From sequence record MT701590.1: a stretch of 64,000 bases of DNA; one strand, 5' to 3'. The stretch's first letter is position 1. Each line of letters opens with the position of its first letter. Shown here piece after piece: positions 56,305 to 64,000 of the stretch. The position numbers and the translations under genes are program-made. Origin of the DNA: Klebsiella phage Miami. Under the pieces are notes generated by a model, which had not been told where the DNA came from, made no database searches, and worked only from the letters and a program-made list of their open reading frames with translations.

Positions 56305-59076
56305 ATGTCAGAATATTTATATCCTTGGAATCCCTTCCAAGATGATGATGACGCCCGTATCACTGGAGAGCTCGCGAGTGTACCCGGGGGAACCCGTGTG
56401 CTGGTCGTTCCTAGAGCCGCTCCTTTCTTTTCCGAAAACTTAACTATTGTCAATTCGGATACTAATGCCCCGTTGGTATTAGGTGAAGACTACGTCTTCA
56501 GTTATCCGTTTATGGATTTTATCAAGAATTATTCCAAAAACGTTTATGGTGGGATAATTCTTCTCAAAGCAACCACTGCTTTGAACATTTCAATAAGTTA
56601 TGACACCATCGGCGGGCCGTTCGTTTTAGATGACGTTGCGTACGCTGAAGCTGTGGCCAATATCATCTCATCCGGGAGATTGGCAGATTGGAGTCAGGTC
56701 GTTAATCTCCCTTCTGGTTTCCCAGCCGATCCCCACGACCATCCAGAAAGTCAGACTTATAACTACAACGAGTTCATGGCTAACCTCACTCTGATGATTG
56801 AGGCGATGAACAATGAAACGAATAACCCAACTGTCCAGACACAGCTGACACAGCACAGTGCCGATAACTTAAGAATCGCGCATCCCAACGGCGAGCCAGA
56901 GGATGTGGGATTAAGCAATCTTCACGATTACCCGGTGGCTCAAGAAAGTGATTTCGACGGTAATTCCAACCAGTTATATATGGTTCTTGGTATTACGAAG
57001 AAACTCATCGATAAAATGTTAGCCGAGTTCTTGAACGGATCGTTACCCGCTGACTTCGAAGAAACGGTTCAAGAAATCTACGATCAAATGAACTCTTACC
57101 TGCAGCAAACGGCTACGCTCGCTGGGCAAGTTGATAACAAGCTGTCGAACACCATCAACGGTTTGGAAACCTTCGATAATGGCGCGACACTGAAGTCAAC
57201 CAAGGATATGTTATTCCATACCCCAACTAACAGCTGGTACTATTGGGGTGGGACTTATCCTACTGGCGGTTACGTTGTCAGCGGCGGGGCTTCCCCTTAC
57301 GATGCTTCAGGTAATCTGATAGCCGGTTGGAAAGTGGCTGGTGCAGTTGAGCTTGAAACCAGACTCTCTTCGAAAACCATCGGCCTGGGTGGGGATATCG
57401 TAGGTTACACGGCAGTGGCTGGAGCAATAGCCCGTACTGTGAATGACCGACTCCGGGATACGATTAGTGTAAGGGACTATTATCAAAGTAGTGATAATGG
57501 TAACTGGGCCTTGGCTTATAACCGAGCTAAAGCGGTCAACCCTAAAGTTTGGTTCCCGAGATCCGATTCTGCGTACATCGTTACTTCAACGTTGGCTCTG
57601 TCCGCTGGAGGTGGGATATACTCAAACGGCGCAACTATAAGCTCTCCTCCTGCGGCTGACGCCACGGGTACAGCACTGATAAAGGTTATTTCGGCGACAA
57701 GTGTTTCCGACATCGAGCTAAGTGGGATAACTATCGATGGTGGGGTTAACGAAACACTGACGTCTAAAAACTACACTCGGCCTGTTCAGATGACCGGATG
57801 CACCAATATTCGGTTTAGGAACGTCAGGATCGTAAACAATCCGGATTGGAGTTTTTCACTAGAATCGTGTAAACAGATCATTATTGACAATTACTATCAA
57901 CGTTCTTTCGTCTATGCCAACAGTGCGACGACTACATCGTTAGCTGGCGGTCGAGACGGCGGTCACCTGATGGACTGTGTCGACGCAACATTAACGAATC
58001 TGGATATCGAGTCTGGTGACGATTGCATTGGGATCACATCTAAACTTTCCGGCTGTGCCAACATCACAGTGAGAGGGCTTAAAGGAAGCTCGGTTATCGC
58101 CAGCCTCCTCATTTATAACGAAGAACAGGACGCTTCACTGAATTATTATTCGCAACCTTGTTCTCGTTTAAAATTCTCCGAGATCCATGTAAAAGATGGA
58201 GCTAACTGTCGCAACATCGTTCGAGTTAAGAAATACGGTTCTACTTCTGTCATTAACGATGTCTCAATAACGGGAGTGAGTGGGAAAGCCAATAACAGCT
58301 ACGGTGTATGGGTGGGTGGTGTTAATAACGTTTACCTCAACGATATTAACGTCGAATCAACCCAGGTTCATGGGGCGTATATTGAGAACTGTTCAAGAGT
58401 GAGAGGCAACGTAAAAGCGAAAGCCAATGTTTCCACTTACCACGGCGTTATCGTATACAACTCCAACAACTGTGACCTGATACTGGATTCCGATCAATCA
58501 GCCGGGTATGGTATCTATCTCGATACTGTGAGCTATTCCGTCATCAAACCGTATTCCTATAACTGCGGGGCTGGTTTGTTCTCTACCTCGGCAGGTGGCG
58601 GATGTAGGATGGTGAACTGTACCAACGTGAACATGCCGGAAGGTAATCTCTACGGTACAACCACAGTATCCTATTATGGTTTGAACTACTCCACTGGCAA
58701 CACCGGATGTACGTTTGGTCTGGATCTGATGTTCTACGGCCTGGTTCCGTCTACCCGTCTCCCTACGGCGTATTACCTTAAAACCCCAGCGGTCAGTCTT
58801 AAGTTTAAGGAAGATTCTGCGGGAACGTTGTCGGTTTATTCCAACATCGGGTGTACGTTAACCAGAAACGCGGCGGGTAACTACACGGTTGCTTTTTCAA
58901 GTAACATGAACTCAACTGGGTTCCAATGGGTTCTAGAAGCCTATCACAACGGCGCACGTAGGACGGTTCAATTGTCCTCAGCGGTGACTGTCGGTGGATT
59001 TAGTTTCTTAACTCAGGACGCAGCGGGAACAACGACTTACGCCGATCACGTCAGTCTGGTCGCCTGGAACACTTAA
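56305..59076 (+). CDS. tailspike-like receptor-binding protein (right-handed beta-helix)
   Basis: ATG 56305. N-terminal 'VLVVPRAAPFF' module shared with the next receptor-binding protein. Central region full of short beta-helix rungs (NxxxG/V-x-N repeats, 'CTNIRFRNVRIVNN', 'GDDCIGI'). Confidence 0.5.
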   Translation: MSEYLYPWNPFQDDDDARITGELASVPGGTRVLVVPRAAPFFSENLTIVNSDTNAPLVLGEDYVFSYPFMDFIKNYSKNVYGGIILLKATTALNISISYDTIGGPFVLDDVAYAEAVANIISSGRLADWSQVVNLPSGFPADPHDHPESQTYNYNEFMANLTLMIEAMNNETNNPTVQTQLTQHSADNLRIAHPNGEPEDVGLSNLHDYPVAQESDFDGNSNQLYMVLGITKKLIDKMLAEFLNGSLPADFEETVQEIYDQMNSYLQQTATLAGQVDNKLSNTINGLETFDNGATLKSTKDMLFHTPTNSWYYWGGTYPTGGYVVSGGASPYDASGNLIAGWKVAGAVELETRLSSKTIGLGGDIVGYTAVAGAIARTVNDRLRDTISVRDYYQSSDNGNWALAYNRAKAVNPKVWFPRSDSAYIVTSTLALSAGGGIYSNGATISSPPAADATGTALIKVISATSVSDIELSGITIDGGVNETLTSKNYTRPVQMTGCTNIRFRNVRIVNNPDWSFSLESCKQIIIDNYYQRSFVYANSATTTSLAGGRDGGHLMDCVDATLTNLDIESGDDCIGITSKLSGCANITVRGLKGSSVIASLLIYNEEQDASLNYYSQPCSRLKFSEIHVKDGANCRNIVRVKKYGSTSVINDVSITGVSGKANNSYGVWVGGVNNVYLNDINVESTQVHGAYIENCSRVRGNVKAKANVSTYHGVIVYNSNNCDLILDSDQSAGYGIYLDTVSYSVIKPYSYNCGAGLFSTSAGGGCRMVNCTNVNMPEGNLYGTTTVSYYGLNYSTGNTGCTFGLDLMFYGLVPSTRLPTAYYLKTPAVSLKFKEDSAGTLSVYSNIGCTLTRNAAGNYTVAFSSNMNSTGFQWVLEAYHNGARRTVQLSSAVTVGGFSFLTQDAAGTTTYADHVSLVAWNT

Positions 59077-59085
59077 GGAAAAAAT

Positions 59086-59340
59086 ATGCCTGTTACAGCA
59101 GTACTTGCCGCCACTGTTAATCTCACTACTCTGAAAGATAAGAGTTTGGAAAATGAGGTTCTCCAAACCATTAAAGAAAGAATGGCTTACGAGAAACCAG
59201 ACATTGAACTGACCTTATCTAAAGATGACAGTGTTGTTAACAGTTACACCTTTGTTAGTGGCGACGCTCTAACCGTTTCCGATGATTTCAGTTTTGTTTT
59301 TAACGGGATCGTCGCGGACGTAATCAGCAACGTTAACTGA
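59086..59340 (+). CDS. small hypothetical protein between receptor-binding genes
   Basis: 84-aa ORF, followed by a terminator. Confidence 0.4.
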   Translation: MPVTAVLAATVNLTTLKDKSLENEVLQTIKERMAYEKPDIELTLSKDDSVVNSYTFVSGDALTVSDDFSFVFNGIVADVISNVN

Positions 59341-59351
59341 GTAACCTAATA

Positions 59352-59383
59352 AGGTAGGGGAGGGCGTCAGCCCTCCCCTACCT
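59352..59383 (+). terminator. rho-independent terminator
   Basis: AGGTAGGGGAGGGC-gtca-GCCCTCCCCTACCT. Confidence 0.55.
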
Positions 59384-59451
59384 AGTCGATTTTATGATTC
59401 AGGCTTAATATTCGTGGAGTGTGATACTCACTCCATCACGAGGTGAGATCA

Positions 59452-62400
59452 ATGAACTATCCTAATATTCCCGAATACCGTTTGGATATCACGGGGAAGA
59501 ACCCAGAAAACTTGATTCCTTTCGAGCATCTTCAAAGGGAAGATAATGATCGAAAAATGATCGTCGTCCCACGTCACGCTCCCTTCTTTATCGACAGCGT
59601 GATTTTGAGCTTCCCTGACGGCACCCCAATGGTTTACGGAACCCATTATGAATTCTTCAACATCATGGGTGAGCTTTCCAGAAGAACCGGTAAGGCGGTC
59701 GGTTGTTTTATTCGCATTTTGGATAAAACCATAACTCGGTTTAACGCCCGCTATCAAACAGTAGGTTCGGTATCTCTCTTTGATAAGAGTTTCCTGGATC
59801 TCTATAATACCGTCATAGACGATGAGCGAGCTGTTTGGTTCGACGATATCGCCAACAAGCCTATATTGTTTGATCCAGAGCAGCATGGTCATGACGTCAG
59901 GTACGGAGTATACGCATTTAAAGACCTTGCAGATGCTTTCGAGCAGATGGTCGCTAACACCGTAGGTGGGGAAGGTTATCACGCCCCGTACGAAGAATTC
60001 TTTGTTCAGCGTATCAACAACGCCATTAGTTACCTTTCACAAGTACAGAGTCGTTGCATCGCACTCATTAACGAACACGCCAGTAACAAGATCAACGTGC
60101 ATGGGATCGATAATGTTAAAGTGGGATTGGGTAACGTTGATAACATCGGGACTTATACTTCCGATAATTGGGGAGATCCTATCGATGATAAACATCGCAT
60201 AACCCCAGGGTATCTGAAAAAGTTAGCTGAAAACACCACTGTGGATCTCAGTAACTTGGTCCAACCCGGAGTTCTCCCAATTGCACGCTACGGTGAAAAC
60301 TTTTACATCCCTCCGGTCATCGATGGATCTTTTAAAGGTGTCGGGACCCGTCAACCTTGGCGAGTGGCCTGTTTAGAAAGAAACGGTTATTTAGTAGCAA
60401 TAGGTAATTACAAGGATGTCAATACGGACGTTTTGATGTACATGTATAACAAAACCCCGTTTGTTTCCCCGGCCAATTCTGCTAACTGGATAAATACACG
60501 TTACGAATATAAACCCACTCGTGCCGTTGAAGATGACGTTAAACTCACCACAGTTATTAAAGGCGGTGATTACCGTTGGATGATCGTAGGTAACGACCAA
60601 ACCAACAAGTGGTATGTAGTTAACTGCAATTCCACATTCAATCCGGTTAGTCACGTTCTCACGCCAATCAGCAATGTGGACTTTTTCTCCAACATTAGTC
60701 ATATCAGAATGTCCGTTTGCGGAGAGAGTATTTATCTGTTCAAGATCACGGATACTCAAGCTGATGGACGTAAATATGTGACGATGAGGAAGATCGACGT
60801 AAGCTCTGTTGATGTTAACACAGAGAGTGTCGCTCTGACCACACCTTCTCTTATTTACACCGATTCATCTAACGCCAGTAAAACATCCACCACCGGCGTT
60901 TTCGATCCTTTCGTTGTTACCAAAGACGGGTCTAATAAAGTCACTAAAGTGTTGGGTAGCTTTAACCCAGTACTGGACTATATTGAAATGGAAAGGGATA
61001 TTCATATTGAAATGATTCCTGATCCAACTAACCCCACAGTAAGTTATATGCGTTGGTGGACCCCCTGTATGCATCATCTGGGGACTAAGGCAGTAACGAC
61101 GACTTACTCCCCGTCCTGGAAATTGCAGGAGAGTGGTGGGTTTACAACGATGACGTGGACAAAAGGACTGGGGTCCGCTACGATGAACATCACTGCGTGG
61201 GATTTAAATTACGCGCCGTGGATGGGTAATCAAAATACAGCGAATACCGACTTCTTCAAGCAAACCTCATCGTGGTTCCACTCACCGGCAATGGGTAACG
61301 GGTTTACTGGTTCGTCTTCAATACTGTCCAATGATGCAAGATTCTCATGCGCGTCGACTCACTGGAACTTCTTCCCGTTATTGACAGCAACGAGCATGTC
61401 GGACTTCTTTACGTCTAGTGACCCTTCCACATTTACGACTGCCGATCCGGCAATAACAAATATGGATGTTAATGAAGCCGGTGGTTATAACCTGAGAACT
61501 TTACAGTGTGGTATTACCAATACCACCGTGTACGGGTCAGCTCCCGCTTCCAGTTGCCACTCTACTTTACCCTTTACTGAGGCGAATAACTCGATAACAC
61601 ATTATGAACTTATTAAGTCAGAAGTTAATGACGATACCTTTGTTCATACGGCTAAATTGAGAACGGGTGATAGAACAACGGCTTCTGTATACGACGCCAA
61701 CACTTATTACCATATGAGTTACACCAACGACATTTATAAAACCAACATCCCTCCAAGGGGTGTACGTGTTTCTTACGTTGATGAAATGAATACGACTAAT
61801 AAGGGAGAGACGTTCTTCTCAGTGACTGGCGGGACGGTTTATAGTCTTGGTACCGGGCTTCAGGATAATCTGTTAACTCACTCTTTCACTACGACCAGAG
61901 ATTCTTCTACCAGGACGTTGTCGTTTAATCCATCTCTGTATGTTCAAATTACTAATGCTTTGGTTTTGTCTTTAGTAACAGCGAACTTCCCAAATGCAGC
62001 GGCTTACTATCAGAAAGCTTGGACTTTGTTATGGGTGCCAGGGAAAGAGAGTATTATAGCTCCTATGCTGATCGTAGAGTGGATGGGTACGGGTTCTGAT
62101 ACTAATGCTTATATCGGCGTGATGACGTTAAACGTGGTTAAAAACCCAACGCTGGCTGCTAACCAAACTACGACTGTGAATGGTGTAAAAACCTGCGTAA
62201 TGAATGTAGGTGATTTGACAGTAGTCAACAAATATACTGTGACGAACGGAACCTATTCTGGTGATCGTTCTTGGTTTGATGCGATTGGTAACCACTACAT
62301 CAACTCAGGATATTTTACTGTTTATCGCAATGCGTCTGGCGAAGTCTCTTTCTATTGGGGTTCTACCAATTCTAAGAACTACGGAAGCGCGACCAGTTAT

Positions 62401-63066
62401 GGTGTTGCTAAAACGGCGTACCTGTCTGGTAAAATGTCGTCAGCAACCGTCATTTCCGCTATTAACAATTACCCTGGCGGAAGAGATATGTTGGGGTCTG
62501 TCGTCTATGCATTAAAAGGCGTCGGTCTATTACTGATTTCCGATACGATGGCTACCGATATCTTTGTGGGTGGCGGCATTACTCCGGCTAAGCTGGCGGG
62601 TAGTACCTACCAGTCAGTTCTGGATGGATATGCTAACACAGCGCTGTTAGGATCGTTCTACATCGTTGCCGACATCATCCCGGTCAATCAATGGACGTTG
62701 TTCTTCTCAGCGAGTAAGATCGTTTTGAAAGGAACCTATTTCGAACTCCCCGTTGGTACTCTGACATTAACAGATTACTTCACCAATGTTCAAAATAAAA
62801 CGTTCTACTTGTTTTTAAAACTCACTGAAGGTAGTCCTGTGTATGAACTGTCATCAACCATGTTGTCGGAAACTTCGACATGTATGTTGATAGCGACGGT
62901 TACTACTGACGCCTTAAGCATTGTTTCTGTAGATACACAAAAGGTCTTTTCAATGACCGGCTATCGCGTGTCGTCTCAAGCTATCGGTTCGATCATACCT
63001 GGGTCGACCGGGGGGATCAACGAATTGGGCGAGACACCGTGGCTGTCGTCTACCTTGGTTGATTAA
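59452..63066 (+). CDS. tail fiber protein
   Basis: ATG 59452 with GAGGTGAG RBS. N-terminal 'MIVVPRHAPFF' module. Tail-fiber-type motifs 'EQHGHDV' and 'VGLGNVDNIGTYTS'. 1204 aa. Confidence 0.5.
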   Translation: MNYPNIPEYRLDITGKNPENLIPFEHLQREDNDRKMIVVPRHAPFFIDSVILSFPDGTPMVYGTHYEFFNIMGELSRRTGKAVGCFIRILDKTITRFNARYQTVGSVSLFDKSFLDLYNTVIDDERAVWFDDIANKPILFDPEQHGHDVRYGVYAFKDLADAFEQMVANTVGGEGYHAPYEEFFVQRINNAISYLSQVQSRCIALINEHASNKINVHGIDNVKVGLGNVDNIGTYTSDNWGDPIDDKHRITPGYLKKLAENTTVDLSNLVQPGVLPIARYGENFYIPPVIDGSFKGVGTRQPWRVACLERNGYLVAIGNYKDVNTDVLMYMYNKTPFVSPANSANWINTRYEYKPTRAVEDDVKLTTVIKGGDYRWMIVGNDQTNKWYVVNCNSTFNPVSHVLTPISNVDFFSNISHIRMSVCGESIYLFKITDTQADGRKYVTMRKIDVSSVDVNTESVALTTPSLIYTDSSNASKTSTTGVFDPFVVTKDGSNKVTKVLGSFNPVLDYIEMERDIHIEMIPDPTNPTVSYMRWWTPCMHHLGTKAVTTTYSPSWKLQESGGFTTMTWTKGLGSATMNITAWDLNYAPWMGNQNTANTDFFKQTSSWFHSPAMGNGFTGSSSILSNDARFSCASTHWNFFPLLTATSMSDFFTSSDPSTFTTADPAITNMDVNEAGGYNLRTLQCGITNTTVYGSAPASSCHSTLPFTEANNSITHYELIKSEVNDDTFVHTAKLRTGDRTTASVYDANTYYHMSYTNDIYKTNIPPRGVRVSYVDEMNTTNKGETFFSVTGGTVYSLGTGLQDNLLTHSFTTTRDSSTRTLSFNPSLYVQITNALVLSLVTANFPNAAAYYQKAWTLLWVPGKESIIAPMLIVEWMGTGSDTNAYIGVMTLNVVKNPTLAANQTTTVNGVKTCVMNVGDLTVVNKYTVTNGTYSGDRSWFDAIGNHYINSGYFTVYRNASGEVSFYWGSTNSKNYGSATSYGVAKTAYLSGKMSSATVISAINNYPGGRDMLGSVVYALKGVGLLLISDTMATDIFVGGGITPAKLAGSTYQSVLDGYANTALLGSFYIVADIIPVNQWTLFFSASKIVLKGTYFELPVGTLTLTDYFTNVQNKTFYLFLKLTEGSPVYELSSTMLSETSTCMLIATVTTDALSIVSVDTQKVFSMTGYRVSSQAIGSIIPGSTGGINELGETPWLSSTLVD

Positions 63067-63072
63067 CCCTTT

Positions 63073-63100
63073 AAAAGGAGGGAGTTTCCCTCCTTTTATT
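63073..63100 (+). terminator. rho-independent terminator
   Basis: AAAAGGAGGGA-gtttc-TCCCTCCTTTT, then TATTTT. Confidence 0.55.
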
Positions 63101-63114
63101 TTCATAGGTGTAAT

Positions 63115-64000
63115 ATGTCTGACTTTAAAATCCTATCTTTCGATCCCAGAGGGGATAACGCAGATAATCTGTTAACCGAGCAGGTGACGTTGGATGACAC
63201 CACCCTCGATTACATTAAACCGGATTACAGTCCATTTTATTCTAACACTGTGGTTATTACTGATAAAGATGGTCAAGTGAGGAATGAAGGGACAGATTAT
63301 GTTCTGGAAGGTTTAGTCGTCCCACTGGTAAAAACTTCCGGTAAGGATGTAAAGGCTTACATCAGAATCGTCAATACAGAACTCTATGCTAAGTCTCCAC
63401 TGAGCATTCGGTATCATTCTTGCGGGATTAACCACTTTCCGAGAGATATGGTTAAGAACACTCCAACCGGGTCAGAAGGTAACAACCTCCCCGTCGATTG
63501 GAATACGCAAGTTTTAGGCAAGCCCGATTCTTATCCTTTTAAACCGCATATTCATAACGTTGAAACTGAAATAGCGGCGTGGACTGATTTGGCCGATGAA
63601 ATAGAAGAAATTTATCAGTACAGAAAAAATCACATCCTCAGCAAATACCAAGAGTTAAAAGGTCTGAGCGATGCAGTTTGGACTGCGACTGATCTCACCG
63701 CCAAGCAGCTCCGCGATAATGTGATGAATCACGATCGTGATCTCGATAACCCTCATGACGTTGATGCGGCTGACGTTTTACTCGGTAACGTAGACAACTT
63801 TGCTACAGCAACCGCCAATGACGAACTCCTGGGCTCGGCTGATAAGTTCTCTACCCCCCTAGGAGCGCAGTCTATACTTAATAATTCATTACAAAGTACG
63901 GACAGTTATCATCACATTGGTCGTCTTCCCCTTTCTTATTACGGAACTGATTTTTATATCCCCCCTCCGATAGAGGGAGACTTTAAAGGGATGTGGACTA
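63115..64000 (+). CDS. tail fiber protein (5' part, truncated by window end)
   Basis: 'KPHIHNV', 'LLGNVDNFATATAND' and 'YGTDFYIPPPIEGDFKGMWT' parallel 'EQHGHDV', 'LGNVDNIGTYTSD' and 'YGENFYIPPVIDGSFKGVGT' of the 59452 gene. Confidence 0.5.
   Translation, partial: MSDFKILSFDPRGDNADNLLTEQVTLDDTTLDYIKPDYSPFYSNTVVITDKDGQVRNEGTDYVLEGLVVPLVKTSGKDVKAYIRIVNTELYAKSPLSIRYHSCGINHFPRDMVKNTPTGSEGNNLPVDWNTQVLGKPDSYPFKPHIHNVETEIAAWTDLADEIEEIYQYRKNHILSKYQELKGLSDAVWTATDLTAKQLRDNVMNHDRDLDNPHDVDAADVLLGNVDNFATATANDELLGSADKFSTPLGAQSILNNSLQSTDSYHHIGRLPLSYYGTDFYIPPPIEGDFKGMWT

Noticed and set aside
1-64000. Looked for integrase or recombinase, transposase, reverse transcriptase or DGR, homing endonuclease (HNH or GIY-YIG), CRISPR repeats and tRNA genes
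   Set aside because: No ORF with the corresponding catalytic motifs. No regularly spaced direct repeats. No intergenic region with a tRNA-like cloverleaf. Intergenic spaces are mostly under 100 nt.

Overview
This window reads as a tightly packed segment of a large (jumbo-type) tailed dsDNA phage. Gene blocks alternate between strands, and convergent blocks end at a recurring family of GC-rich 'CCTACCC..GGGTAGG' hairpin terminators. Several genes show the codon usage of highly expressed enterobacterial genes (CTG, CGT, GGT, ACC). No rRNA, tRNA, CRISPR array, integrase or transposase was seen.

Layout, in order:
- 1 to 14.7 kb: early/replication-type module. It holds an SF2 DExH helicase, several small overlapping ORFs, the N-terminal exonuclease-plus-motif-A fragment of a family-B DNA polymerase (split gene), and a divergently transcribed membrane-anchored HExxH metallopeptidase.
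- 14.7 to 18.7 kb: two large minus-strand virion-type genes.
- 18.7 to 33.4 kb: a long plus-strand operon of overlapping (ATGA-coupled) genes. It includes a very highly codon-adapted Ala/Glu-rich 421-aa protein followed by a terminator.
- 33.4 to 33.9 kb: a terminator-flanked secreted-protein 'moron'.
- 34.0 to 35.5 kb: a DnaB-like helicase on the minus strand.
- 36.2 to 38.4 kb: a 728-aa, extremely codon-optimised major virion protein (major capsid candidate), with two palindromes upstream and a terminator downstream.
- 38.5 to 44.4 kb: further large structural-type genes, one of them AT-rich.
- 44.5 to 46.0 kb: a terminator-bracketed cassette of three paralogous glycine-zipper membrane proteins.
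- 46.1 to 53 kb: more large structural-type genes, one with a long acidic C-terminal tail.
- 53.1 to 55.0 kb: a RuvC-like resolvase and a convergent lysis cassette (holin-like protein, bidirectional terminator, overlapped i-/o-spanin pair).
- 56.3 kb to the window end: three consecutive receptor-binding proteins (one beta-helix tailspike, two fibers) that share an N-terminal module.

The most unusual items are the triplicated glycine-zipper cassette, the split PolB, the secreted moron, the membrane metallopeptidase and the modular receptor-binding cluster.

Product calls rest on motifs I can read by eye. No database search was possible.
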